64,000 nt of DNA from Rubripirellula sp. Its GTDB lineage: Bacteria > Planctomycetota > Planctomycetia > Pirellulales > Pirellulaceae. This document shows positions 1 to 9,789 of this stretch, in pieces; position 1 is the stretch's first letter, and each line of letters begins with the position of its first letter. The notes under the pieces were generated by a model that worked only from the letters and a program-made list of their open reading frames with translations, was not told the origin of the DNA and did no database searches. The DNA lies in NCBI GenBank assembly GCA_965216875.1, contig OZ244207.1, positions 5,824,001 through 5,888,000 on the forward strand, read 5' to 3'. The position numbers and the translations under genes are program-made.

Positions 1-873
1 GCGGATGACAACGACCCCGAAGGAGCGGGGCTGACCGCTTCGCTGGACGTTGGCCCAAGCAACGGTGTGCTCATCCTCAATGCCGATGGTTCGTTCACTT
101 ACACGCCCAACCCAGGATTCACGGGAACCGATTCATTCACCTATCGCGCCTCTGACGGCGGGTTGGTGAGTGCATCGACGTTGGTGACCCTCAACGTCAA
201 GGCTGCCGTTGCACCACTGCTGCCCTCAACGCCCGACGATGGCGGCGGTGATGACGACGCCGAAAGTGATCCGCCACCACCTTCGCCTGAAGACGAACCT
301 GAAAGCGAAGAGGAAGAAACGAGCGAATCGGAAGCCGAGCCAACGGCTGCCGATCCCCTGGCACCGAAACCGGCACGCGCGCCCCGTGAGAACGGAACGA
401 CGCTCGTCGGTGTCGTCCCCAAAGAACTTGCCGATGACTTCGCTTGGGTTGCCAGCCGCCTTTCGATCGATTCGGCCGAAGCAACCGGTGAAGAAGGTGA
501 TCACAACGACCGCAATCGAGTATCGGGTTCACACGATTCCTCTGATCGTCGCTCGCGCCTATCAAACAGCCCCTATCGAATTGCCCCCGATGACTTGCAA
601 TGGCAAAGCCTCGATCTTTTCCGCGAAGACTTGCTCGGCGAACACAAATTCGAGTCACTCGTGGTGGGTGCAGCCGTAGGATTCTCGGTCGCGATGTCGG
701 TCGGGCAAGCGGTCTGGGCGGTACGCGCGGGTTACATGACCAGCACCCTGCTTTCCACGATGCCCGTTTGGCGAACCGTTGACCCCTTGCCCGTGCTCGA
801 ATACCTCGACAACGGTGACGATCGCGGCGACGGCGAAACGCTCGAATCGATGATCGAAAACGCGAGTCATTAA
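1..873 (+). CDS. 3' end of a large surface protein with Ig-like/cadherin (Big_9, tandem-95-like) repeats, an acidic linker and a hydrophobic C-terminal domain; begins upstream of the window
   Basis: Frame 1 is open from base 1 (ADDNDPEG..GPSNGVLILNADGSFTYTPNPGFTGTDSFTYRASDG), a typical bacterial Ig/cadherin repeat; followed by a P/E/D-rich linker and C-terminal VWAVRAGY..LLSTMPVWRTVDPLPVL. Confidence 0.8.
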   Translation, partial: ADDNDPEGAGLTASLDVGPSNGVLILNADGSFTYTPNPGFTGTDSFTYRASDGGLVSASTLVTLNVKAAVAPLLPSTPDDGGGDDDAESDPPPPSPEDEPESEEEETSESEAEPTAADPLAPKPARAPRENGTTLVGVVPKELADDFAWVASRLSIDSAEATGEEGDHNDRNRVSGSHDSSDRRSRLSNSPYRIAPDDLQWQSLDLFREDLLGEHKFESLVVGAAVGFSVAMSVGQAVWAVRAGYMTSTLLSTMPVWRTVDPLPVLEYLDNGDDRGDGETLESMIENASH

Positions 874-896
874 GCTCACGTTTGGGAGAGCGTGCA

Positions 897-2153
897 TCAC
901 GAGCGCGCACACGAAACGACGTAGACGCCGCCAGCGATCAAACAGAGACATCCGATCGTGGTGAACAGTGCGCCATACCCATGGGCATCACCAATCGCGC
1001 CAAGAATCGGCGAACCAACGATCGTGCCAAGATCCAACATCATCAATGCCAGTGCAGAACCCGTCCCGCGCACTGCCACTGGAAACGGCTGAATCGTCAA
1101 CGAAGTCATCGTATGGAACATCAACCCGTGCCCCATGCCACAAAGCAACGCGGGAACAACGATCATCCACGGATGCTGGGACGTGACGAGCGGGTAACAA
1201 AACATCCCCATTCCCATCACGAACACGCCCGCGACCAAGACAACTTTATCGCTCAGTCGCGTGAAGATCGCCCGCGAGCCGAGACGGATCGTGATCCCCA
1301 TGCCCGAATAGCAAAGAAAGTACAGGCCGATGACCGAAACACCGTCGATTGCCAACTTGTGTTGATCGATAAAGGTCGCAACAAATGCGAACGGTGCCGC
1401 CATACAAACCCCAAACACAACATCGATCAACACCACCGTACCGGGCCAATACCGCTTGGTGGTCGCGGCGAACTGCGAAAGTTTGACGGAATGATTGGCA
1501 GCCCTTTCGGCCGAACTTGACGACTCACTTTTTGTCGGACGAAGAAATATCAGACCGATTGCCGGCAAGATGTTCGCAATCGCCGCCGTCACAAACAGCC
1601 AAACGAAGTTGTCGTAGGTCCGCTCTGACAGGAAGAGATCGCCGACAAACGGGCCAATCATCATCCCCAGAAATCCGCCGACACCAAAAATCCCAATCGC
1701 TTCGGTACGTCGATGGTCGGGAGCGGTTTGGGAAACGTAGGTCAATCCGCTGGCGAAGACGATCGCGGAACCGACCAACAACAGCGAGCGAACCAAATAG
1801 ATCATCGGCCCAATCTCGGTCAGCAGCAGATTGGCGAGCGATGCCAAAGCAAAGATCGCGAAGCCGACTCCCCACATCGCACGCGCACCAAGACGGTTGA
1901 TCCACTGCGCCATCCAGGGTCGAAAGACGAGGCCAATGAGCGGCCCCACTCCCATGACCCAACCAATCACATCCAGGTCGCCGCCCAAAAAATCGATCCA
2001 TCGCGCATAGTGAGCCATCAGCGTGTTGCTGCTGACAAAGCACATCTGACTGATCAGAGCGAGAACGAAATTGCGATCGTACAAACGATCGTCACGATCT
2101 GTGGTCAAGTTCTTCCTTGCAAAGCGATCGACATTCTCGTTCTTGCGTCGCAA
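897..2153 (-). CDS. MFS transporter
   Basis: 418 aa with about 12 hydrophobic segments; RPWMAQWINRLGAR motif-A-like loop; RGTGSALALMMLDLG in the C-terminal half. Confidence 0.85.
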   Translation of the reverse strand: MRRKNENVDRFARKNLTTDRDDRLYDRNFVLALISQMCFVSSNTLMAHYARWIDFLGGDLDVIGWVMGVGPLIGLVFRPWMAQWINRLGARAMWGVGFAIFALASLANLLLTEIGPMIYLVRSLLLVGSAIVFASGLTYVSQTAPDHRRTEAIGIFGVGGFLGMMIGPFVGDLFLSERTYDNFVWLFVTAAIANILPAIGLIFLRPTKSESSSSAERAANHSVKLSQFAATTKRYWPGTVVLIDVVFGVCMAAPFAFVATFIDQHKLAIDGVSVIGLYFLCYSGMGITIRLGSRAIFTRLSDKVVLVAGVFVMGMGMFCYPLVTSQHPWMIVVPALLCGMGHGLMFHTMTSLTIQPFPVAVRGTGSALALMMLDLGTIVGSPILGAIGDAHGYGALFTTIGCLCLIAGGVYVVSCARS

Positions 2154-2166
2154 TCAGTGGTTTTCG

Positions 2167-2721
2167 TCAAGGGTCTTCTCTGCGCAACAATTCCGATCGT
2201 TTGCTTTTGTACCGACGCTCGGCAGCGCGATAGTCACCCGCTTTGGAGTAACTATTCATGCTCATCACAATTCCGGAAACGATAAAGACCAAACCAAACA
2301 GTGGAAACGCGACCTTGGCGATCACGAACGGACCGACATCGGGCGCACTCGAAGTGATGCCGATGGCCATGGCCAGCCAAACGCAGCCGAACAAGGTGAT
2401 CGCCACACCACCACCAATCGCACCCGCCTCGGTGGGAACATGTTTGCCGCCATTCTTGGTCGTGATCATGTACCGCTCACGTTCAAATTCCCACTCGCGA
2501 TCAAGTGCTGCGACTTCACCTTGATCAGTCAGGTCATCAACCCTCTGACTCAACTCTTCGGTCTTGTCCGCCAATTCCTTCAACTGTTCGGTAAAGGTCA
2601 CATTGTCGCGCCGATGCACGACAAGCTGGGCCGAACAGTGGTTGCAAGTGACGTATTTCGCCGACTCGGGAACATCGATCGGGGCGCCACAGGAGTTGCA
2701 GGTCAACTTTTGCAATTTCAT
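2167..2721 (-). CDS. Zinc-ribbon membrane protein (hypothetical)
   Basis: CNSCGAP...VTCNHCSA zinc ribbon, short coiled coil, two TM helices. Confidence 0.7.
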   Translation of the reverse strand: MKLQKLTCNSCGAPIDVPESAKYVTCNHCSAQLVVHRRDNVTFTEQLKELADKTEELSQRVDDLTDQGEVAALDREWEFERERYMITTKNGGKHVPTEAGAIGGGVAITLFGCVWLAMAIGITSSAPDVGPFVIAKVAFPLFGLVFIVSGIVMSMNSYSKAGDYRAAERRYKSKRSELLRREDP

Positions 2722-2772
2722 CGGAAACCATCAACGTCAAAGGGTTGCAAACTTCCGAGCTCAAGAGTGTGG

Positions 2773-4692
2773 CTACTTGGTTCCAACGACACCGATTTCG
2801 GCTGCCGAAGCCCAAGGTTTACCGTTCACTTCGGACATGATGCGGACGCGAACGTAACGTCCGGTGACCGCGTTGTCGCAATCAGCACGCTGTGCGGTCC
2901 GTACTTTTGCAAACCGTGCTGTCGCAACTGGATCGCCAAACGATTCAGCCGAATCGCTCACAGAGAACTCGGTATCGGCAAAGGCCCCATTCCAACCGTT
3001 GTCTTGGCGCACAAGGTAACGAAAGCCCGAGATTTTGTAACGGGCCCCTAAATCAATCACCAACTCATGGGGGTGCTTTGCCAAATCAGGGGAAAACTGT
3101 GTGTGCCAAACGGTTCGCGGATCACCGTCGATCGCATTCTTCGCCAACTTGCCATTGCCTCGATTCTCGCTACTGGACTTGATCATCGTCATCGAGTCCG
3201 CCGGAATCAGGTCCCGTTCGCGAAGACGATTGACCTTTCCGCTCGATTTGGCCGGTTGTTTGCTACCCCACTTTGCACGTCGATCCTTTTCGTGATCATC
3301 CCGCTGGGTATAGCTTCCGGCGCGAACGGGCGTATGAGATTCCGCTGCAAGCCGTTTCAGTTTGGCAACCAAATCGCGGTGCTCGCCAGCGACATCAGTC
3401 GTCTCGCTGATGTCGGCGTCCAAGTCGTACAGCACCCACTCGGCATCCGGTTTGGCCTGAAACGCTTTCCACTTGCCCATGCGCACCGCGGTTTGCGATC
3501 CGTATTCCCAATACAGATACTCGTGCTGTGACTGCTTGCGACCAACGGCATCTTCGCCAAACAGCGTCGGCACAATGGACATGCCGTCGTTGGCGGGCGC
3601 TCTCGTGCCGGTGATCTCGGCAATCGTTTCCATCATGTCCGGTTGGTAGAAAACGAGGTCACTTACGGTCCCCGGTTTGATCCTTCCTGGCCATTGGACG
3701 AGAAACGGAATCTTCAATCCACCTTCGTAAAGACTTCCTTTGCCACCTCGAAACTCAACGCCCGTTCTTGGATCGACATTCGGGCCAAAGTAACCGCGAG
3801 GATAGTCCTTGCTGCGAAAACGATCTTGCCCACCGTTGTCACCAGTGAAGAAGACGATCGTGTTGTCGGCCAACTTGAGTTCATCGAGCAAGTCCAACAC
3901 CGTTCCGACGTTGTTATCGACCATCGTCACCATCGCAGCATAGTTCTTGGCGTCTTGCGAAACCGATTCGTCTTTCATCCACGCGTCATTGCGATACTGG
4001 TCCCACGCTGGATCATCCGCGGGGATGTCGTACATCCCGTGCGGCGGAGTGATCGGCAAGTAGCAAAAGAAAGGACGATCTTTGTTTTCACGAATGAACT
4101 TCACCGCTTCGTCCATGATCTCGTAGTGCGAATAGGTTTCGCCTTCGCGACCACCATCGTTTCCGGCAAGAACAACCTCCTCGCTATTTCGCACCAGGTA
4201 CGGCGGATAGAACGAGTGAGCATGAACTTGGTCGTAGTAACCAAAGAACACGTCAAAGCCATGTCTCTCAGGAACTCCGGTCGAGCCACGTCCCCCGGCT
4301 CCCCATTTTCCAAACCCGCCCGTTGCGTATCTCTTTTGATCTTTAAGCATCGAAGCGATGGTCGGCTCTTCTGCTCTTAGCGGTGTGCCGCCGTCGTTGG
4401 CTCGCACCGATGCGTGCCCCATATGCTTTCCGGTCATCAACGCACATCGCAGCGGAGCGCAAACCGGTGCTCCGGCAAGTGCATTTGTGAAGCGAATGCC
4501 ATCTTTCGCCATCTGATCGATGCGCGGCGTATGAACTCGCTCGTTGCCCATATGCGAAAGCTCATAGTACGCGAGTTCGTCAGACATGATGTAGACGATG
4601 TTCGGCGGCTGCTCGGCGTAGACCTTTCCAAGCGTGGCGACGTTTCCGAGAGCGGCGACCGCGAAGGCAGTCAAAAGAAGAATTCGATTCAT
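2773..4692 (-). CDS. Arylsulfatase (Cys-type) with C-terminal F5/8 type C (discoidin) domain
   Basis: Signal peptide MNRILLLTAF; PNIVYIMSD, CAPLR formylglycine motif, GKWG, GDNG, KGSLYEGG; C-terminal AIDGDPRTVWHT..PHELVIDLG..GRYVRVR..SAAEI. Start moved from 5025 to ATG 4692. Confidence 0.9.
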   Translation of the reverse strand: MNRILLLTAFAVAALGNVATLGKVYAEQPPNIVYIMSDELAYYELSHMGNERVHTPRIDQMAKDGIRFTNALAGAPVCAPLRCALMTGKHMGHASVRANDGGTPLRAEEPTIASMLKDQKRYATGGFGKWGAGGRGSTGVPERHGFDVFFGYYDQVHAHSFYPPYLVRNSEEVVLAGNDGGREGETYSHYEIMDEAVKFIRENKDRPFFCYLPITPPHGMYDIPADDPAWDQYRNDAWMKDESVSQDAKNYAAMVTMVDNNVGTVLDLLDELKLADNTIVFFTGDNGGQDRFRSKDYPRGYFGPNVDPRTGVEFRGGKGSLYEGGLKIPFLVQWPGRIKPGTVSDLVFYQPDMMETIAEITGTRAPANDGMSIVPTLFGEDAVGRKQSQHEYLYWEYGSQTAVRMGKWKAFQAKPDAEWVLYDLDADISETTDVAGEHRDLVAKLKRLAAESHTPVRAGSYTQRDDHEKDRRAKWGSKQPAKSSGKVNRLRERDLIPADSMTMIKSSSENRGNGKLAKNAIDGDPRTVWHTQFSPDLAKHPHELVIDLGARYKISGFRYLVRQDNGWNGAFADTEFSVSDSAESFGDPVATARFAKVRTAQRADCDNAVTGRYVRVRIMSEVNGKPWASAAEIGVVGTK

Positions 4693-4748
4693 CAAACGAA
4701 CTCGCAAATAGGAGTGGTGGTGGCTGGTGAGTTTGAGTGAGTGGGCAA

Positions 4749-5438
4749 TCAGTCGAGCGAACGTATTTTGACATCCTTGAACCAGACCTGCTGGCCGTGG
4801 TTCTGGAATCCAATCCTTCCGATTCGAGGCAATTCCTTGAGTGCCGTTTTGAACTTGTTCTTGGTGCCGTCGGGGTTTTGGTTGGGTGTGTCCCACTTGT
4901 CGATGTTGACCGAATTCACGGGGACACCGTTGATTGAAAAACGGATGTTCGGGCCGACGCATTCCAGCGTCAATCGGTTCCATTGGCCGACAGGGTGTGC
5001 CGGGTCGACCTCTGCTGGCTTGCAATCGTAGAAGGCACCGTTGAGGTTCTTGGCGTCTTTCTTGCCTTTGACTTTTTGAAACCCTGCGTTGTCGAGCAAC
5101 TGAATTTCAAATCCACCCTGCACGGGATTGTCTTTGTCGGTGCGAAAGAAGACGCCGCTGTTTGCGGTCTCGGAGAGCTTATAGGAGAGCGTTAGCTGGA
5201 AGTCGCCGTAACTCTCCTTGGTCCAAACGTAACCCTTGCCGCGTGTGCGTTTGTTTCCTTTTTTGTCGACGACCGTTTCCATGCGACAGCTCATCGAACC
5301 GTCGTCTTCAACGACCCAACCTCCATCGGCGTATTCCCAGCGATCAAGGGAACTGCCGTCAAACAGAACGTCCCACTCCTCTGCTGCCGCAACAGAAAGA
5401 GGAAAGGTGAGCAGCGTCAAGACAATGATGTTTCGCAT
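4749..5438 (-). CDS. DUF1080 (3-keto-disaccharide hydrolase-like) protein
   Basis: Signal peptide; LFDGSSL..W, YGDFQL, ANSGVFFR, FEIQLLD, GQWN, GRIGFQNHG..VWFKDVKIR. Confidence 0.9.
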   Translation of the reverse strand: MRNIIVLTLLTFPLSVAAAEEWDVLFDGSSLDRWEYADGGWVVEDDGSMSCRMETVVDKKGNKRTRGKGYVWTKESYGDFQLTLSYKLSETANSGVFFRTDKDNPVQGGFEIQLLDNAGFQKVKGKKDAKNLNGAFYDCKPAEVDPAHPVGQWNRLTLECVGPNIRFSINGVPVNSVNIDKWDTPNQNPDGTKNKFKTALKELPRIGRIGFQNHGQQVWFKDVKIRSLD

Positions 5439-5481
5439 TTTTTACCTCCGATGCAGTCGCCCTCACGACGCAAACCGAAAC

Positions 5482-5670
<189 letters not shown>

Positions 5671-5703
5671 ACAGGGGTACCGTGTTCAAAGTTGGCAGTC
5701 CCG

Positions 5704-6705
5704 CTATTTCGCGCGAACCAATTTCATGATTCGTCCCGCCACGTTCCAATCTTGGACGTACAAATTCCCGTCGGCATCCCAATACGAACCGTGCGTTCCG
5801 CTAAAGATGCCTTCAATCCATTGATCTTGCGGCACATTGAAATTGCGGCCCTGCTTGGGGTCTGGGTTGTGGCCGAGTACGGCGATGATCGTGTTTGTCT
5901 TGTCCAAGATCACGAGACGTCCCATCAGATCGGGAACCGAAACGTAGTCGCCTTGGATGGCAACCGACGTCGGCATCCCCAAACCTGTCGCAACTTCTTC
6001 GATGAAGTTCCCATCCAAGTCGTAGTGAACCAAACGTCCTTTAGGTTGGTGGTTGCGATCACAAATCAAAAGACGTGGTGGCTCATAGCGAGTGTCAAGC
6101 GTCATCCCGTGAGCGGTGTTGAACTGCTTCATCCCGTTGCCCTTTTCGCCGAAGTGCGAAAGGTACTTGCCGTTCTTGTCGAATCGGAAGATGTGGTTGC
6201 TTGCGTAGCCGTTCGAAAGAAAGATGTCACCGTTGTCTAACACAGTGATCGCCGTTGGGTTGAACTTCTTGAGGTCCAAGCCAGACTCTTGCGGGAATGG
6301 TAAACGCAGAACCACTTCACCGGTGCTGGCGTTGAACTTGATGCCTTCCGCGTCTTTATTTCGGGCGCCATAGATGAACTCGCCACCTTCTTCGGAACGA
6401 ATCTCCATGTCATGCAGGTTCGAATAGTCTTTGCCCAAATAGGACTGCACGACCTTACCGTCTGGCGAAAAGACAAAAACACCTTGCTGAGCACTGGTGT
6501 AGATGTGACCGGCCTTGTCGATCACCACGCCGCCGTGAGTCGGACCCAACACCGAATTGCCGTCGGGGCGCAGCCCCCAACCAGGAACGGTGTCGAAGGT
6601 CATGATCCCGCAGCCCATTCGAACTGGTTTTTGATCCTCGCCCACCGCAGTGAGAGGCAGGCAACAAAGAAGGGTCAGAATGGGCAGAATTCCGCGGGAT
6701 CTCAT
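5704..6705 (-). CDS. NHL-repeat six-bladed beta-propeller protein
   Basis: Signal peptide; THGGVVIDKAG, PTAITV..NGDIFLSNGYAS, FNTAHGM, FSGTHG, GNLYVQDWN repeats. Confidence 0.85.
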   Translation of the reverse strand: MRSRGILPILTLLCCLPLTAVGEDQKPVRMGCGIMTFDTVPGWGLRPDGNSVLGPTHGGVVIDKAGHIYTSAQQGVFVFSPDGKVVQSYLGKDYSNLHDMEIRSEEGGEFIYGARNKDAEGIKFNASTGEVVLRLPFPQESGLDLKKFNPTAITVLDNGDIFLSNGYASNHIFRFDKNGKYLSHFGEKGNGMKQFNTAHGMTLDTRYEPPRLLICDRNHQPKGRLVHYDLDGNFIEEVATGLGMPTSVAIQGDYVSVPDLMGRLVILDKTNTIIAVLGHNPDPKQGRNFNVPQDQWIEGIFSGTHGSYWDADGNLYVQDWNVAGRIMKLVRAK

Positions 6706-6902
6706 CAATAGGCTCCGGTGTACTCGATGTGCGCCGCTGGCTTGGCGTCAATTTGGCGTCACTTAATCGGACAATCATAAACGGATCTATCCCGACCTGT
6801 CGCCAAATGCCCCTATAATTCGGGGGTACTCGCGCCCCGTTATGCCAGTTCGTTTGTCCTAGTGCGATGAATTTCAATCCCGTAGCTCGAGGGAAGAAGA
6901 AC

Positions 6903-7529
6903 ATGAAATGGTCAACAGGTTTGGCGGTTGTTGCCGTCCTCGTTCTTAGCGTCGAATCGGTTCATGCCTGTGGTGGCGGGAGCGGTTCTTTGGCTCGAGG
7001 CGGTTTCTCGGGCAAAGGCTTCGGCGGTTTCTCGGGTAAGGGTTTTGGTGGCGTGCCAATCGCGTCCAACGTGGGAATGGCTCCCGTCGCAATGGCAAAC
7101 GCTCGGATGAACATGGCACGCCAAGCATCGATTGCTCAGGCCAACGCCTACAACGCTCGCATGCGACCGATCCGCATCGCCAACGCGATGAAAGTCCGTG
7201 AGGCAAAACTCGCTGCGCGCGAAGCACGCAAGGCAGTGAACATCGCCAAGCTTCAAGAGCGTCGTCGACTCGAAACAGAAGAGCGAGAGTTTCTCGTCAA
7301 AGCGCGCACTTGGACCGACCGATCGGGTGAGCATCAACTCGTTGCCATCCCCGTCGGCATGAGCGGAACGGCAATCAAGTTACAGAAACGCGATCAATCG
7401 ATTGTGAGCGTCCCGCTGGAAAGTCTAAGTGGTGACGATCAAACCTGGGTCGCCGCTCGCGTGCCGAGCGTCCGCTCCCTGATCACACCAACCACCAACG
7501 GCATCGTCCTGGTTGGCACCAGCCGTTAG
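6903..7529 (+). CDS. Secreted SHD1-domain protein
   Basis: Signal peptide ending VHA-C; Gly-rich segment; C-terminal RTWTDRSG.H...IKLQKRD...VPLESLSGDDQTWV, the SLA1 homology domain 1 pattern. Confidence 0.8.
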   Translation: MKWSTGLAVVAVLVLSVESVHACGGGSGSLARGGFSGKGFGGFSGKGFGGVPIASNVGMAPVAMANARMNMARQASIAQANAYNARMRPIRIANAMKVREAKLAAREARKAVNIAKLQERRRLETEEREFLVKARTWTDRSGEHQLVAIPVGMSGTAIKLQKRDQSIVSVPLESLSGDDQTWVAARVPSVRSLITPTTNGIVLVGTSR

Positions 7530-7543
7530 TCGCTAACAGCAAC

Positions 7544-7746
7544 CTCGTTGCCACGGTCCCCGTGGTAACGCACTCTCGGACGCTCCTGGGTTGGTTTTTT
7601 TAAATGTCGCCTTTCGCTCCGCAAAAGTAGCGTCCGCAAACGCAACTCTTGCGGAGCAAAAGGCGACAATGTTGAAGCTCGGCCTCTCCGTGTAGGTCAT
7701 GCTCCGCATGACAATCAATCCACATCTCATGCACAGCATGACCTAC
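7544..7746. repeat. Mosaic of three REP-like palindromes between convergent genes (BIME-like)
   Basis: CTCGTTGCCACGGTCCCCGTGGTAACG (7544-7570); GTCGCCTTTCGCTCC..GGAGCAAAAGGCGAC (7606-7667); GTAGGTCATGC..GCATGACCTAC (7692-7746); each family recurs elsewhere in the window. Confidence 0.8.
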
Positions 7747-8579
7747 GGATTCAGGCTTGGTTGACGCAATGATTCGATTGCATCGGTGATCGCGATCTCT
7801 TGTCGCGTCCGATTGAGAAACAAGCTGACGTGCGAATACCCTGAGTCCGACAAGAGCTTGAGTGCGTCTTCGAAACGATCCGCCACCCGGCCTGGCTCAT
7901 GCGCGTCGGCGCCGAGCGTCACGGGGATCCCACGCTGGCACATCTCGCGGAGCATGCCTGGGAACGGATTCATTTCTGAAATGGTCTTCTTGAGTCCCGA
8001 CGTATTGAGCTCCATCGCCACTCCGGTCGCTGCAATTCGATCGAGTGCTCGACAGATGTCGGGCATGATTCGATCTTGGTCCCAGTTGGAAGCAGTGAAA
8101 TTCTTGATCAAGTCGGGGTGCGAAATTGAATCAAACAACTTCGTTTCCGCGGCGACTGCCAACAGATGGAAATAGAGTCGCTGAACCTCCACTTCATCAG
8201 CTTGCCAATACTTCTCGCGAAACTCGCTTATCTGCGGATGCACTGACCCGAGAACGAAATGGAAGTCGGCGCTGGCCAGTTGCTTTTCAAGATACGCTTC
8301 GTAGCCTTCGAAAAAATCGGCTTCAAGGCCAAGCCGCACATCCACCTTTCCCTTCCACTGATCATGCGCGGTGGCAACAAGATCGACGTATTGGTCAAAC
8401 TCATCCTCGGCCATGCGCACACCGGACGAGAACCCATTGGGCATCGGATTGTGGCACGTGATGATCAACCCACGCAGGCCGCGTTGAGCTGCGACGGCGG
8501 CCAAATCGGTAGGATTCCCAATCGCATGTTTGCAAAGTGGAGTATGTGAATGTGACTCGTAAAGGACTGGCTCACTCAC
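7743..8579 (-). CDS. Histidinol-phosphatase, HisJ/PHP family
   Basis: HSHTPLCKHA, TCHNP, LGLEAD, LGSVH, SHPDLIK, MELNTSGLKK, TLGADAHEP PHP motifs. Confidence 0.85.
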   Translation of the reverse strand: MSEPVLYESHSHTPLCKHAIGNPTDLAAVAAQRGLRGLIITCHNPMPNGFSSGVRMAEDEFDQYVDLVATAHDQWKGKVDVRLGLEADFFEGYEAYLEKQLASADFHFVLGSVHPQISEFREKYWQADEVEVQRLYFHLLAVAAETKLFDSISHPDLIKNFTASNWDQDRIMPDICRALDRIAATGVAMELNTSGLKKTISEMNPFPGMLREMCQRGIPVTLGADAHEPGRVADRFEDALKLLSDSGYSHVSLFLNRTRQEIAITDAIESLRQPSLNP

Positions 8580-8798
8580 TGCCTTCTCCGTTGATGACGT
8601 GGCGTTGACACCCAGCGGAACGTTTCAGCGAATCGGCTACGCTCGCACTGGGCGGACTTCAACCACACTACGGCATTTTGCGTTTTTGGACGAGGCGACC
8701 CGAATTGTGGCCCTCAATCCACGCCGCTCCGCCCCCGGTTGTGCTAACGTTCGCACCCCTAGACGATTCGGGTTGACCAGATTGACGGAAACTTCAGA

Positions 8799-9701
8799 GT
8801 GAGCACCAGCGAAATGGAAAAACCAAACATCGCGGCGATCGGCGAAATCCTTTGGGACCTGTTGCCCACCGGCCCAACATTCGGCGGGGCACCTGCAAAC
8901 TTTGCGCATCATGCCGCTGCTCTCGGGGGCCAGGTCGCGATGATAAGCGCCGTCGGAAACGATTCGCTCGGATCGAAAGCCATCGACCAATTGCAAGTCG
9001 CTGGTTTGAACACAGCTCACGTGCAAGTGATCGATGGCAAAAACACCGGCGCGGTCGACGTCGAAATCGATGGCGCGGGCAACGCCACGTACTCATTCCG
9101 TCATGACGAAGCCTGGGACCATCTTGGCTGGAACGAGCAACTTGAGAAGCTTGCCAGCGAAGTCGATGCCGTCTGCTTCGGAACGCTCGCCCAACGCGGT
9201 GACGTTACGCGCGAGACGATTAAGACCTTCCTTGAAAAGACACCGTCGTCGGCCCTCAAAATCTTTGACGTCAACCTACGCCCCCCTTTTGACGACGACG
9301 CACTGATTGACGCGTCACTGAAACTCACCGATGTTCTCAAACTCAACGACGAAGAGCTCTCGCGCCTAGCCACGACCCACGCCATTGACGGCGATGAAGT
9401 GACTCAAGCCAAGCGACTCGCTGAAATGTTTCAGCTACGTTTGGTCGCCGTCACTCGAGGTGAACGTGGTGGCTTGCTGGTCTGTGGTGACGACGTCAGC
9501 GAGATGGATGCGCTTCCGGTACCGATCGAAGACACCGTGGGTGCCGGCGATTCGTTTTCTGCGGCACTCACACTCGGCATCCTCCATGGCGTCGACCTTG
9601 ATGAGATCAACCAATACGCATGTCGAATTGCAGAATTCGTTTGTTCGCAGTCCGGCGCGACGCCTGAACTGCCCGACACTCTGAAGTCAGGTTGGTTATA
9701 G
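8799..9701 (+). CDS. PfkB family carbohydrate kinase (fructokinase-like)
   Basis: [36 protein letters not shown] signature. Confidence 0.9.
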   Translation: MSTSEMEKPNIAAIGEILWDLLPTGPTFGGAPANFAHHAAALGGQVAMISAVGNDSLGSKAIDQLQVAGLNTAHVQVIDGKNTGAVDVEIDGAGNATYSFRHDEAWDHLGWNEQLEKLASEVDAVCFGTLAQRGDVTRETIKTFLEKTPSSALKIFDVNLRPPFDDDALIDASLKLTDVLKLNDEELSRLATTHAIDGDEVTQAKRLAEMFQLRLVAVTRGERGGLLVCGDDVSEMDALPVPIEDTVGAGDSFSAALTLGILHGVDLDEINQYACRIAEFVCSQSGATPELPDTLKSGWL

Positions 9702-9789
9702 ACGATCGCTCAGTGGCCAGAACGCGATGGAGAGATCCGGCACGAGTTATAATCGCACCCTCAAGTCGCTCATCATGAAGGCCTTCGCC

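Noticed and set aside
2071..3051. Long antisense ORFs (also 12159-13028, 25644-26525, 51912-52724, 58426-59211)
   Set aside because: They are shadow frames opposite well-supported genes in GC-rich DNA.
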